From positions 29,422,150 to 29,486,149 of the forward strand of contig NC_134026.1 of the NCBI RefSeq assembly GCF_964204645.1: a stretch of DNA of 64,000 nucleotides, read 5' to 3'. The notes under the pieces are model-generated. The model was not told the origin of the DNA. It did no database searches and worked only from the letters and a program-made list of their open reading frames with translations. The position numbers were made by a program, and so were the translations under genes. This DNA comes from Tubulanus polymorphus. Taxonomy: Eukaryota; Animalia; Nemertea. Positions 12,556 to 27,961 of this stretch are shown piece by piece (the stretch's first letter is position 1; each line of letters opens with the position of its first letter).

Positions 12556-14570
12556 TTTACGTTGATAATGGACGTTGTTGTCTGTCATTGTTTTGTACAA
12601 ATGAGAAAAATAAATGTATTTAAAACCTGTTGGAGGCCTTCAGTGAAACAAACTCTTGATTTCATCTTTCGGGTTCATTGGATATACTGTATCAAATGGA
12701 GGAAATTTCATACTTAAAATGGAGCTTGGTAAATGTATCAGCATATAATTTGAATTCAGAGGTTGAAGAGACTGAGTGAGGGAGTAAGTAGGTAATTTCA
12801 CAATAAATGCCAGGAAGAGTGGACATATGTTTTGTCCGAATCGATTCTGTTAATCTTTGGCTGTCATCATCAGACATACTCTCATATAGAAAAGTTACAT
12901 GGTATACATTCCGTTTCAAAAAGTGAGTGATAATGATTAGAAAGTGGAAATTGATTAAAAGTAATCCTGGGATAGTTTTTCGGAACTAAATAGACCACAA
13001 AAATCATAAAGAACGAGAAGATAGGTTTGGCAGAATTTTTAACAATTGTTATTATTTATTGAATCAAAAGCAATTAATAACGAATTCATTCATTCGATAA
13101 CAATATGATATTCGAGTAACAACATTCAAAACATCCAAAAAGTATCGGATCCAATCAGGGGAGAAAAGTTCCTGAAAAATAACTAACGAAAAAGTCGAGA
13201 AGAAGATATATAATATCCGAGTAGAGAACGAAAAAAATCGAGGAGCTGATGAAATGGCCATCGACGTTCGTCTGCTTTACGTAGAACTCAAACCAGGAAG
13301 AGAATCTACTCAACACACATTGTATTTACACATTACATTCCGTATGCAATTGAATTTTGATAATAACTGATTCTGTCTACAACAGATTATAGAGAATTGG
13401 AATATGTAAACAAACAAAAACTAAATGGCACGACATTCATACACGATATTCGTTGCATGGAGCATTTCACAAATTTTTACTTCATAATTTCTTTAATACT
13501 AAATGTGGCACTACAGCTGCCTTTTAAACCTGAACGAACTATAGTCCTATATTTAGGTTCGATGCGTTGCTGACGGCGGAGAGTTTTGAAATTTATTCCT
13601 GACGAGATTGGACGTAGCCCCTGGAATGATATTCACAAGCGTGTTTCGTCCATTCTGCGTGGCATGATTTGGCGAATCTCGTAAAGGTATCTTGTTTTGG
13701 ATATGATTTGGAATTATTTGCTTTTGATGCGCAAAATTCTGCCGATTTGGTGTATTGTGAAAATTCCGATACCACGGGTAGATTTTAATTGGTTTGAACG
13801 CGTAGTTCTGCTTCTCCAGTTGCCTGATTTTATTTGGATCCAGACAGGGACTGAAATAGAATACAACGATGGAAGTATTAGTCATTTTTGTTACATTTTT
13901 TGTCAAACAAATTTTGTTTCGTTAAATATATATAGATGAAGATAATACATATACATCTACTGGTACTTCTGGTTCAAAAATCAAAACACAGCACATCTGA
14001 GACCAGCTCAGCCAATCATCGTTGCCATATGTGAAATAGTATATATTCACTAATACTGCATATATAAAGACATGCTAATAAATTATTGTCAACAGAGAGA
14101 AGATAACCTATAACTTATATACATATGAATTATACTGGGATTCTAAAATGGTTTTGAGCGAATTGAGAGGCGAAACTTTTATCGGAAAACTCTCAAAATT
14201 GATTAAAAACGAAAAATTCAACGCCGAGAAGAGGAATAGCAGTAGTTCTCATCATCAAACATTTAACTGCGGATGATAAGCTTTGATTTGTTGATATAGA
14301 CATCAAGGATCGATATTTTGTCATGTAAATCAAGTATCACTCATGACACTTCGGAATATTGACGATAAATGCTGCGAATTTTTACAAAATTCTCTTGTTA
14401 GTAATTGATCAAGATTTATATATTCAGCGGGCAAACGATTCTTCTCGTCGTAAGTTTACGTCATTATTCAATACATGAAATTACAAAATGAAATTCACTT
14501 ACAAATAAAAAGTAAAGAATATATTTTCTAAAACTAATACTCAGAGATTGGAATGACGACTAAAAGTAAG

Positions 14571-17500
14571 CTATGGCCGGAATACCTGAAAAATCCTCGT
14601 GGTTTTGCCGTTTGGGTGGCGGCTAGTTGAGGTTTCTGTAAGAATATACTATGCACGTACTATCTGTCCTATGCGGTTTGTTTCATATGCCAAGAATTTA
14701 AAAACAGCAAATTTTAGACTTTAAGCGGAGGATGTATAGAATTGGAACGAAAAAATGACCCAATGACGGATATCCTTTAAAATTGATTAAAACTAAAGCT
14801 GAGAAGATCTAAGAAGCAGCTCTGTCAAGTGTATTTCCCAATTCAACCACGAGAAATACTTAAAAGAAAATCATCATGATGTTTGTTTCTATAGAGATAT
14901 CAAAAACAGATTTTGAACATTTTACCTGTAAATGCTTAACAACTATAAACATACGATGTAAAAATAATTCAAGTAGCCCAACCTAGAATATAAACCATCC
15001 CAAAACAACTCATCAATTATTGCTACGTATTTCAACTTAAAACTTTCGTTACTTAATCTATTTCCTTAATTAATGTATTTCCTCTATTTTGATATTTCAT
15101 CGAAAGATACGCATATATCAATTTGAATTAGCTGCCAATTCGATAGTCTTACCTCATAATATCTACAGACATGTGGATCAGATTTATCGCCATCAATAGC
15201 TACAGCAGCCTTTTTGAGGAGTCTTTTACCATTATCTAAATAACGGTCATAAGTCGAGCCGTTAAATCGGCCATTTTGATGAAGCATTTCTAATCCATGT
15301 TTGGCGTGTGTCTACAGAATACAAACATCATTACTCGTAAATATGCCTTCATCGTAGTCGAAAACGAGGATCTTAAACGGTACGTACCTTGATAAAAAGC
15401 GTGGCTTCTCTGGTGTTGGCGTGGCTCATTTCTACTATGTTGCCCCACGATAACAATGCAAATGGCTTGAAAATAATGAAATTATTTCGATAAAATTTTG
15501 AAATCATGAGGATGATTGCTCAACATCACCACGTACCCGTTCATGTGTGAGATTTCTGTTTGGGGTTATGACATGTCTGTATAAACATTTCTCAACTATT
15601 TTCCTGAATTTGTCAACTTCAATTGGATCGGCGCATGGATGATACAAGAATACAATAGCTCCATGCTGAAATACATGGCCATGCCAGTTATTGGCGGAAT
15701 CGAGATTAAATTGAAACTTTTCCACGAGACTCGTCGAGTCTTTACAAACAATTAACGATCAACGTCGAAGGAAGATAAATGCACATCGCATCCTACCTCC
15801 AAAGAGTGTAACCAGCGTTGTCTTGGCATAAACACGTACTCGCCATAAACAGGCCAGTTTGGTCGGTGAGGCCCACTAAAATGAAAGATGAAAACCCTCA
15901 GACTTGTGCCGTGCATCATACTACATTTCCGTTGCTGATTTTGAATTTGTAAATTTTGATTTTGAACAACAATTTTACTTACGCTGTTGGAATAACGGGA
16001 TTGTAATTGATTGGACCAAATGGATAATTGCGAAAATGTTGCATACAAATGTGTTTCTGTAATAATTTGAAGGTAAATTGTTATTCAACCTAAACTTCAT
16101 ACTTTACCCGCCAATCAATAGAACCAGTTGAACGGAGGATGCAAATACACCCGATTGTTCGTGATAAGACAAATGTCGATGTTACATTTATGAAGGCGAG
16201 AAGGGAGTCACTTGAGACTATGCTGATTCGACCCTGAAGTTCAGTCGTTATTCGTAACGAGGTAAAACTGCAATTCCGCGGAACTTGAGCCAATTAATTT
16301 GACCAGTCATAGCGAACATTTACGCTCAGATACGATCGTAATAGATTCCCCAGTACTGCAGAGATTGGCAGGAAAACTAATTCATCAGCAACGCAACAGC
16401 GTGGCGACTATTGACAATTGATTTACTGCAAATTTCACTCAATAGTTGTTGAATGTAGGAAGTGAATTGATGAAAGAAAATTAAACACACAAAGTGGAAC
16501 TGGACTTTCGGGAATAGGATGGCTCCTCCATTCAATGGTTATGTTTATATACTGAGATTAAAATACTAAGATTAGCAAACATCATAACTTTTTCATATTT
16601 CAGTTCATAGACTTATTGACTATAATCGATCAAAGGGATTACATTTATTTTCATTAGATTTTATCATATACTGGTAAATTGTCAATTACTTGCCTGCTCA
16701 TTTAAAACATAACTGAATAAATTGAATTATGAAAATATTAGATTTTTTTCGAGAATACGATCTAAACCTAATTCAATCATTCAGATGAAAATGGGCTGTT
16801 CTGAACTGCCACGAAACTCTATTATATAAATTACGATGAAAATCTTTATCAATAATCCAATTAAATTTGCGTCAATTTGGTCGACAAAGACTCGAACATG
16901 ACATACAAAACACATGACGCTTCGATATTTTTATGAATACAAATTGAGTGATATGACTTAACGACTTAACCCTCTTAAACCAACAGCCTGATGCGCAATA
17001 TGAAGAGGAAAATATTTGCACGATCGTTTTTAAGTAAAACTTCAAACATGAAAACCTCTTATAATTTGCAATAAGATGATTATTGATGACTTGTCACCAT
17101 AGTATAATGGAGAAGCAAGGGTTAACAACTACTCTTGGACAGCTCTTTGGTTTGCGCAGGTGTAGTCACGTAGGACGCCACATTTTTTCAACTTCAATTC
17201 GTTCATACGAAATTCCCATAAATTGATTTCCAATAGAAGTCATGTATCAATCCAAGAGCTGGGAAAATCATTGTTAAATCATACATAGACCATGGTCTAG
17301 CAGTGTTATACCTACCGGAGGAGGCTTTCGCACATTTTCATATTTCGTATATTTTGGATCTAGTGCCTGAAAGAAAAATCATTCACTCGATATTTTAGTA
17401 CGTATGTAAACAGGCACAGAGGCACATTCCCAGTCAGTTCTCCAGGCGTTATCAAATCGGTCAACAATTTAGGTGTAGAAAAGTGTACCAAGAAAAGTAC

Positions 17501-18061
17501 TATGAGAAGTCATCGAGATATCGCTGGGCGTTGCCGCCTAGAAGGTGTACGCCAGACAAAGACTGAGAGCGAAAAACCCAGAAAACCGCGGGAATTTAGT
17601 CCCTTCAAGTGAAACTGCTTTTTTTAGTGAATCGAGTAGAACATTTTTCGTATATGAATTGGCTTTGTTTATTAATTATTCTTACCCCGTTTGGCTTGAA
17701 GGTGTGTTTTCTATCGCATTTATAGTCCTTTTTATCACCATTCCAGTCGATACCGTTAGGGTCCTATCAACAATGACAATTAACATCAATGTGACGACGT
17801 GTGTATTTATAGTGATACGATTAGACAACTTTCAAAAACAAATAAAAATACCTCTAAGTTGTCACATGTGCCTACTGTTCCCATCAACATTCTCCCATGT
17901 GAATCACTCATTCCACCATCATTATTGGCTCTTTTATTGACATCTTGTTGTAATTCGTTGATAGCATCAGCTAATTTATCTGACACAGTTATAGATGGAA
18001 TACATAGGACCGTGACTAGACACAGTAACATCCCAGACGATGTAATCGTCACAAATCTCAT
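14571..18061 (-). CDS. Secreted DUF3105 / TP53I13-like protein, spliced. Exons ~18061-17852, 17763-17686, 17366-17316, 16056-15983, 15875-15797, 15665-15537, 15466-15389, 15311-15153; last exon tentative 14585-14571
   Basis: N-terminal signal peptide, then [54 protein letters not shown], the hallmark motif of DUF3105/TP53I13. The C-terminal exon is uncertain. Confidence 0.8.
16966..17125. mobile_element. Possible piggyBac-type MITE remnant (TTAA-CCCT...AGGG-TTAA)
   Basis: TTAA flanks and CCCT/AGGG termini only; the inverted repeat is very short. Confidence 0.3.
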
Positions 18062-19244
18062 ACTACTATTTACAAGTATTTCCCCTTTCAGCGTGTTTCT
18101 CTAAAATGAAAATCAGCGAGATTGAAATCATATCAGGCTTACATGTTCGATACGGGTCAGTGTCTTATGGGCCGAGTTGTCAAAATGCACAATACACAAC
18201 AACTGAAGCGTACGAGGCTAGGCGATGTTAGAGATATAGTCCAAAGACTGTGGGTGCAGAAGGATCGTGAAGATATATCATTTCCTTACACTCAGTTTGA
18301 ATGTCAAGCAAGAGTTGATAAAAAAACTCCGAAAAATGACATACGCATTTTTCCAGCTGAGAATGAACAATCAAAATGATATTCATACCACTCGGCTCAC
18401 AGTGATGGTATTGTGGCTTAGAGGCCCTGGAATTTATTGAGCGGAAATATCAAGATGACTATCGTCAAACTGCAATAAAACTATTTGTCGAGTAGCAATA
18501 GATTGAACCGAGCAAGTGACAGAGATGAGAGGGAGTGATAGTTAGAGAGCCCTATCTATTAACGAACTCCCACAGGAGGTTAATCAAAATAACATCGGGG
18601 ATAGAGTAGGGATATCCCGACATACGTGTAAGAACAGATATAGTATTACCAGGCATTGATAAAACCTGCTACTGGGAGCTGTTTGGTGGAGATATTCCAG
18701 GGTAACTGAGAAACTATGATAAGTTATCGGTGTCCAGAAAAAATGACAACCTCCCAACAGAGTTTTGAGGGAATTCTAAGAAATCGAAATGGATACCGGT
18801 ATGCGCGATTATCCGTGGCTGCATCCAGTCACTCGAGCAACAAAATTCATCATCCGATTTGAATAGACTCTATCTTAGAAATTATCGTTCTTTTTGATTG
18901 CTACTGGTTACATGAAAACCTAGAAAACCTTCAACACGCAAAAACAGATTATTCCACATTTTTTCACATCAAATTCAATGTTCTATGTAAAATTTATACT
19001 AATAATCATCAATAAATGGATCAATTACAGCTGATCGTATGTGACATCTGAATAAATGCTCTTGATGTGACTAAGTCAATAATAGACGATAATGATGTCA
19101 ATGGCAATTCAGAGATCTATCTTCATGCGATTTAAAACATGCAAATCCCTAACATCTCGCAGACAAAATTACGCTTGACTGACACGGAGATGTGACGTCG
19201 GAAAAGTACGTTATTTTCTTTTTCAATTAATTTCGATCTACACC

Positions 19245-19415
<171 letters not shown>

Positions 19416-22400
19416 TTTGCTAGATCAAGTTCTATAGTTCTGTGTTAGAATTGAATCTACAGTTAAAACATTGAAAATAAGCTGATTTCAACTAGGAGTT
19501 CGCTCGACAGTAACTCATAACGGTAGAAACGTAGAATCCTATCGACAAGAAGAGCCGAATGTGTCTTATCGGTATATGGCCAGAATGGATAAATCTCCAC
19601 CGGTGTCATGACGTCACTTCGTCTGCTGTTGTGGTTGTATTCCCGACAGTTAATCCGTTGATAAGCACAACAACAAAAAAATCTAACCACCACGTGACAC
19701 CTGATATGAGACTGGTTTCTAAGGTAACGGCTGTAAAAGGTGCATTTTATACGGAATAACCGGAACTGATACACTCCCTGGTGTATTCAAACGATTCCAT
19801 ATTCAACAAAGAGAAATGTTGTTATATATACGAAAATTTGATCAAATCATAAGATTAATTGTATATTTTACACGTAAGAGTGCTTCATCCTTTCGTTTCG
19901 ATACCCTCATCAGAATACAATTTATCGCACAGCTTGTTATAACGTTCAAAATGTCGTGTCATTCATATTTGGAGCTATACCTGAGTTACATTTAAGAGAG
20001 TAACCAGCTGGCTTAAGTGCCGGACCTTTCATCGCGCAGAACTTTTTAAGTTATAATCAATCTTATGATCAATTCTTTTAGCACAAAATTATGTATTATT
20101 ATAGCGCGCACATTTTACTATTTAAACAGCTTTTGAATGTAATCGATATCACTATTAGAATGACTTTGTGACCACGTGCTTAATACGGTGCACAGATGTT
20201 TTAACTGCCCCCACGATATTATCATGAAAATAGCGTACATGTATACATACGCACAAGAATGGCTGATTAGTTTCATGTTAAAAATGTATCGCTTATCAGC
20301 ATCTTTTACTAGTAATTATTCATGATTTTATCACAAGATGAAACAGAATTCATTAATTCAGATCAGAACGAGCGAATAATGGAAATAGAACGGTCGAATT
20401 TGAAAAGCAGCCTCAGTACGTTCATATCATCGCGAGACATATCAGTGAAAGTTTCAAATAACAATATTCCATCAATTCCCCGTAGTATTGGATTAGGAAT
20501 CAACAAGTAGCAAGAAGCCCTTCGGGGCAGACGGATTCATGTAGATATCATTCAATAACGGTTACCATGTTAGCCGTATCATTAGCATAATTCAGTATAA
20601 ACCCCATCGTCCGAATAGTACATGAAATTAGACAATTATTCCACGTATATACTGTAGTCGAGAATAGCCGGTAATTAAAAGAGTTATTAGTGTTTATCAC
20701 TACTAACTTCCAATCTGAACTGTTCTTGGTCAAATCAACATTTTTCATGGGCGTCAGGTTATTTTTACGGTTGTTATTCACATTCGAAATTTCGAATTAT
20801 CATTAATCTGATATAGAAGCCCTTGTGAGATTCCGAGGTCTTGATTTCCATAGACAAGACGAGACTGCGGTTCCTATCAGCAAAATCGAGCGTTGATTAT
20901 TTCTACGAAACGTCGTATAAACAATCATTTTTTCATATACCGTGCAGAAGAAGTTCTGAAGTGTTGCATGTATTCATTTCAAAAGTATTTGTCTGTCGAA
21001 TGGACCGCAAAAAAACCACGGAAAATATAAACATTAATTCCAAAGTAATACATTAAAATACATATTGGTAAATTATTATCAGGATAACGTGTATACCGAC
21101 ACGCGCCGTGGTTCGGATCAAACACCTGTTGATATATCAATACTCATGAATACCGACCCCGCTGGTAAACCCAAAACAAACGATGTTACTGGTGTGATAA
21201 CATTTCGCCACATGATTACCGGTTATATGTCTTACGAAATCAGAGGACAACTAAAATCAAACTTCACTGTTAATCCTTTTCATCGGAATACTTCTTTTGA
21301 TTAATCAAAAGAAATTCCGTAAAATTCCGTTATTCTGAAATTCAAAGAAACCCATTGTGTAATCGCTCGCTATACGAACTTTCAGAAAGAATGTTTTGGA
21401 TCCCAGACCATCTGGTTTGAACTTCTTAACTGAATCTGGTCAATCATTTCAAGAAATTTGGTTATGAAAAAAAAGTGATTATTTCATTCGTGCCAGCTGT
21501 TGTGATAAGTCGAAGGAGAGTTTTGAGACTGATAAGAAGATTAACTTACCGTATGCAGCTTACTTACGTCCAGTGCTGAGTCATGAAAACATGTCCTGTA
21601 CTATTGTCTGCTTGTGAAGCAGCAGATGTACTACTGTCAACTGTCATCGAGCTCGGATACACAACACTCTACCGCAGTTACACTGATCGTCTGTAGAGGG
21701 CATTTCATAAAACATGAGTAGCCTCCTGTTCGTTCACCAGTCTCTCCTCGTCTTCAAATTTATTGGATTTTAATTTTCGTCTTTTACGACACGAATAGAG
21801 ACAAGCTCATCGAAAAAATAACTAACACTTAAGAAATATTAGATAAAGTAAAAACCCACAATAAAATGAGAATGAGAATTAAGATGAGATTACTCATTTC
21901 ATCCTATGTTGTTGTTAAAATCATTTACCGTCCGACAAAGCACGGTTCGAGCTTCACGCTCTTTGTGTAATGTAAAACTGAGTTATTCATCTTATTATGT
22001 ACAAATATTCGTTAAATAAACTACTTTATATACAAAAAAATAAAATGAGAAAAGAAAACTAGAAATAATCTGACGTTTCGGCTTAGATTCTATGAGCCAT
22101 TTCCAAAATTTAATTCATTGACCAGTTAAAACAATACAGATAACATAAAGAAATGTTGTTTAACTAGGTTTATCTTTTCAAGATTATTGTTTTTCGTATA
22201 CTTTTAACTAAGAGTACTGCCCCATGCTCGTCGGATTGCGCCGAGCCGCAGCGGCCGATTCTAAATCTGTAATTTCTCAACGCACAACCGAATGTCGTTT
22301 GAGTTTGAAGCACGATGTATCAACCTAACGATAAAAATCAATCTTATCAAAGGCATGATTTTTTCCTACCATAAAACAGTCAGAACACACGACAACCACT

Positions 22401-22724
22401 CGGAAAACTCCAAACAACGGGTACTTGCTAGTCAGCCCTAAAGTATCGCCACCTAGCGAGGATTCCCTCTATAGTGTAAGGATTCCCCGTGCAGCCATTG
22501 GCAACGGATAAACTATAATACTACGCAATTTTAAAGAAAATGTGCTTAAAATGGATTTTAAAACAACCTGGATCAATTTCTAATTAGTAAACGAAAATGA
22601 ATGAATTAACAGTGCTTTCATATCCATTGTCACTAATATCTGTTCATCTGTAGACCATGTTTTGACCTGGAATTTCTACACAAAAAAATCTATTTTCGTT
22701 CGACCTGCTGAAAAATTTGACAAA

Positions 22725-25700
22725 ATGGCAGCCAGCACTAAGCAGCCTTTCAACTATTACACAACTGGGAAATATGGCACCCTCCCTCAGAAAGACACTG
22801 AGGTGTCGCAAGATATGCACCTTAAGATGTCAAAGAAAATTGCCCAGCTCACAAAGGTAACCGGATTGTTGAAGCTGGAGTTTTTGTTTTGTTATGATTG
22901 ATGATAGCCTAAAATACCTAGGAATGTTTGATTCTTGTATTTATCTTTACGTCTGTGTCATTTTCAGGTTATTTATGCTTTAAACACAAAAAACGACGAA
23001 CACGAAGCAATAATTCAAAACATCAAAGAACAAAACGAGGAACAAATACAAAAAATATTAGCGGAAACGAAAACTAAACTGGAACAATATCGAAGCAAAA
23101 TCGGAAACGATGTCGAACAAAAACGTAAAATACAATCGCTACGGGATGCGGTCGAGGAATACGAGAGACAGAAGAATCTCGCGCTCGGCGACTTCGAACG
23201 TTTCAAAAAGAACGTCGAAACTCGCGAACACGATATCAAAACCGAACACACGCAGAAAATCATTTCACTATCGAAAGAAATCGCGACGATCAAACGAGAT
23301 TACGAGGAACAACTGACGCGATTCGAGAGTTTACGAATACAGTTCAACGCAGATAAACAATCGATTATCGAAGATATGAAAAACGCTCATAAATTAAAAA
23401 TCGACGAACTGCTTAAAACTCAACAGGGACAGCAGACGGATTTAGAATCTGAGCGTCTTAAAATAGAACGAGAATATAACGAACGGTTACAAAAATTACA
23501 GGACGATTTCGATAAATTAACGGCGGAAAAATCTCGGCTTATCGAGGATTACGACGGGAAATTAAACAAAGCGCAAGCATTTTACGAGAAAGAGTTACAA
23601 GCGTTGAGAGATTCGCAAAGTAAAGCCGGTGACGAGCAGATTAGAGTGTTACGCGGGGAAAACGATAAACTGCGAAAAGATTACGCGTTTTTAGAAAACG
23701 AAAATAAAAAACGCATCGACGATTTGTTACAGCAGATTGTTACGGCTGAAGATGAGGTCGAAAAGTATAAACGGGAATTAGAGAAAGTGAAGAAGGAATT
23801 CGAAGAAAAAGATTCGAATTCGAGAAATATCAGCAGACAGGTTGGTATTAGACCAGGCTCACTAGTAGTCTTAGTTCAAAATACAGTGAACTCCCGATAA
23901 TCCACTCTCCATTTATCCATCACTCCCAGCTACTGCCAAGTAAAAGCTTAGTCCTGGGTCAATCAATGCTTTCAGCTTCCAATATTCTGCCAAATTCCAT
24001 ATCCACCATCTGCCACATAAAGATTCTTAACAAATCTTGTAATAATAGTTCATTTTCGTTAGATAATCCGCCAATGAAAATGTCTAACAAATGTAGTATT
24101 GAAATACAAATTAAAAGTAGTAATGAAGTAAAAATACATCTTAAATAATAGAACAAACTTCTCACTACCTCTTATGTGAAAGGCAGAGTTCAATAGAACG
24201 GTTAATACCTTTATAGAAAACAGCTTAATGATAAAAGTGAATATGTTTTGAGTAATTTCGGGTGTCTTGAATAAAATGGAAATTTCTTAAATTCTCTTAA
24301 ATCCTTCACCCTCAATTATGCACCGAAATCACAGAATTCCTGATAGTGATGGATAACTGGGAGTTGACTGTATTTGGTCGATGTTTAATAATCTTGATCG
24401 ATGTTTGGGATTTTTTTATAGTTATACGAAGTGAAGAATGAATTAGTGGAAACTTTAGGTCGTCTTCAGTTGACGGAAACCGATCTATCATCATCGCGAT
24501 TAAGAGTTGAAGAACAGGCAGAAGAACTGCTCAAACGATCCAGTAAGCAGAACTTTATTCTAAAGCTTTCATCGATCTGTAACTTCTCGTATTATGAAAT
24601 ATCTCAAATAATTGCAGCAAATATCGGTGAACTGGAAGCAACTCGTCTTCAACACGAGGCAACGATTAAAGATTTACGAATGGAAGTTGATAGACTGCGC
24701 GGTAAATTATCACATCTCGAAAAAGAGAAGGGATCAATAGAATCACAGAGTCAGTCTCATCAACATGAAACTAACAATAAAATCCGCACTTTAGAAAGGG
24801 TAAAGTATCATACTTTTGAATTGATTTGTATAATTTTCCACCGAAGTTTGATTAGAATTCTGATTTTAATTTCCTGACATCGTTTATTAGTTATTGGAAG
24901 ATCTACAAGTTGAGAAAAAAACAATGCAAGAGAAATTTGAGAGAGAAATTGTGAATCTGGAACAGAAATCTAAACAGAAAGAGAGTCAATTAATAGAATC
25001 GCATGCCACGGCCTTCTCTAAATTGCGAACACAAAATCAATCTGAGTATGACGAGTTAAAGAAAAATAAAGATGAGGAGATTGCAAAAATTAAAAGAGTG
25101 AGTATAGAAATAGTAGAAAAGTCCACGCATATCAGGATTACATCTCAGTAAAGACCACAAACGATGATTATTTTCATAAATCTTGTAGGAATTGGAAGCG
25201 ATGTTGAATAATAATTCTGAAAAATTCCGCGAAGATTACGAATCGCAGCAAGCAGAATTAATTAGAATTAAAAATGAGTTCAATAATCAACTACAAAAAG
25301 CCAATGATGAGGTGAGCTTTAAACCAGTACACAAATATCCAAGTAGAAACTGAACAATATCATACAATATGGTTATTCTTTTAAAAGATTTCAAGATTGG
25401 AGAAATTGATATCTGAAAGGGAACAAGGCCTCGGTTCAGCTTCTAGTGAGATCGAAACTCTAAAGAATACATCGGAAAAATTAAAGAAAGAACTAGAATC
25501 AACAAAAAATGATCTGAAATCAATCACCGACGAGTCTGTTATAACTAAGGTTTGTATATGTTATCTATTCTCTCGTCTGTAATTATTGTGTATAATCGAG
25601 TTTGGAATGTGCAACATTTGTAATTTTTAGGACGAGTTGCAGAAATTAAGACGTTTACACGAAGAAAAACTGCGAGAAGCAGCAGAAATGCTAGAAAAAC

Positions 25701-27961
25701 GTGTCAAAGATATCTCTACGGGAAAAGATGAAGATTGGGCAAACAGAATAAGGTAATTATTGCTTCAATCAGAAATTCGAAAATATGAATTTTTGAGGGT
25801 AATTTTCATAATTGTTTATTATCTATAGAGAGGAATGTGGTCGAATCAAACAGCAGGTGACAACAGAGAAAGAAACAGAGCGCCGTCTAGCTTTAGAACA
25901 GTTAACTAAACAGAAAGATGAAGAGATGAATGCGGCTAGAGACGGCTGGCAAAGTAAAATCAATGAACTATTAGAACAGGTACAAATCATCTCAAATATC
26001 AGCAGAATTCATTGTTCATTTGTCGATTTATCTCGAAAATTGAGATTGACTATCAATCAATTTTCAGATATCTCGATTAAAATCGAATATAAGAACGAAA
26101 GAAGATCAATCGTCTTCAATGATGGATAAACTCAGAAAAGAAGCCGAGGATGAAAATCGTCGGTTACGCAACGAGATGCTGGAAGCTGCAGATGAATACG
26201 CTAAGAATATAACTCGGATGAAACAAATGCATGAAGAGGAAATAAAGAAAGTTACAGACCAAAAGATGCAAGATTTGATTGTAAGTTTTACCATGTGTTC
26301 GTATCATGATCTCCTGTGAATACGGTGTATTTGATCATTTGAAGTTTCCTTCTTTTTTAGGATTTGGAAGAAAATCTGAAGAGAAAACATATTGAAGACA
26401 TGCAGTGCCAGATGACTGCTCACAAATCTACAGTCGATAGTTTGAAAAAACAAGCTGAACAACAATTAAAACTAGAGCTTGAAGATTTAACCGAAAAAAC
26501 CAAAAAAGATATTGGTAAATATACTTTAAATACAAGGACCTCGCTTAAGAAAAATATGGTAGTGATTCGATGAAATGGTTTTTGATTTTCTAGAGCGATT
26601 ACAAATTGAACTGAGACATAAACATTCTATTGAAATTGAGCAATACAGCAGAGCGCATCAAAATCAAATGTCAGCAGCGAGATTAGAATTAGACAGAGCT
26701 TTAGAGATTGCTAAACAAAAGGTAAACTTAATGAACGAAACATATGACCTTTAGAAAAAGAACTCAAGCCGCGTTCACGCTATCGCTAGTTAGTCCATTC
26801 TGATTAAGCCAACACCTGGAAGGGACCAATTTAAAAAAGACCATATCAATGCTGTGATTGACAGGCAATTAAAGCCAAGTTTCTGTTCACTTTCAATGAA
26901 TATCGCGTTTATTTGGTGGTTATTTCAGGAAACGCAATACAGTTTACAAGTAGATGAACTTCAGGATGATATCAGACACCGAGAAAAACACATTTCGACA
27001 TTAGAAACAGAACTGAACAAACTACAATTAGACATTGATGAATTAGCAAAAGAGCTCGACCATAAAGGCAAAGAAATATTGAAAGTTAGAAGTGATGCAA
27101 ATCAGCAAATCAGGTAAGATTTCATTGAGGAAAGATCATAGGCCACTGATTTATTACAACGTGGCTTTATATCAAATGATGTGTTATTCAGAACACGCGA
27201 GGAACAGATGAAAAATCAGCATACACAGGAGGTAGAGAAACTGATAGATGAACATACATCGCAGAGTGAGGCCATGCTGGTCGAGTTTAACTCTGCACAA
27301 GAACTTCTGAAAGTAAAGATTGAAGAATATAAATTCCTGTAAGTCTGTCTGCAATTCGTGCTTCAATTTCACTGAATATCGGTAACAATTTCTCCTATTG
27401 ATTTGTCTTCTATTTCACTGGTTAAGGTTGGAAGAAGCTGAAGAAAGATTCAGAAATCGTGAATCGCGCCCGGAAGATTTAGAACTCATCGAACAATTGA
27501 GAGCTGCTTTACAAGATAAAGAAATGGCCATGAAGAAACTACTAGTAAGTGTTTAAGACCCCGGTTACTCTTAGGCACCTGCTGAACATGATCAATGTAC
27601 AGGTAGTATAGATGAAATGATCTGTTTTTCAGGATGATAAGAAATATTATCAGATGGAGTTAGTCAATAGAGAAACCAACTTCAACAAAGTGTTCAGTAC
27701 AGCACCTAATGTTGGAGTCATGAATCCACTTGTAAAGGTTTGTATGAGATAAATCACTAAATCAGTAGTAAAAGCCACTCTGCTTTAGATACAAAAACAT
27801 TAGTTCTACATATTTTCTTTTAGCCAAAGAAGTATAAGAAGAACCAGAGTGCCACCAGTCTTACTAACGGAAAGCTGGATCCATTACCGGGATCGCCATT
27901 CCACGAAGAAAAACTGAATCCTGCTAGACCTCTTCCCCCTCATAAAAAATTCCTAAAATAA
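22725..27961 (+). CDS. FAM184A: FAM184A/B-like coiled-coil protein, multi-exon
   Basis: N-terminal motif [29 protein letters not shown], a long heptad coiled coil, and C-terminal RESRPEDL...YQMELVNRETNFNKVF...PNVGVMNPL, all characteristic of FAM184. Stop TAA at 27959-27961. Confidence 0.92.
23884..24370. mobile_element. Tc1/mariner-pogo-like MITE with TA TSD in a FAM184 intron
   Basis: TA-cagtgaactcccgataatcca ... tggataactgggagttgactg-TA: imperfect TIRs with CAGT/ACTG termini. Confidence 0.6.

Noticed and set aside
23015-23316. Antisense and alternate-frame ORFs over the large FAM184 exon
   Set aside because: Shadow ORFs typical of coiled-coil coding sequence.
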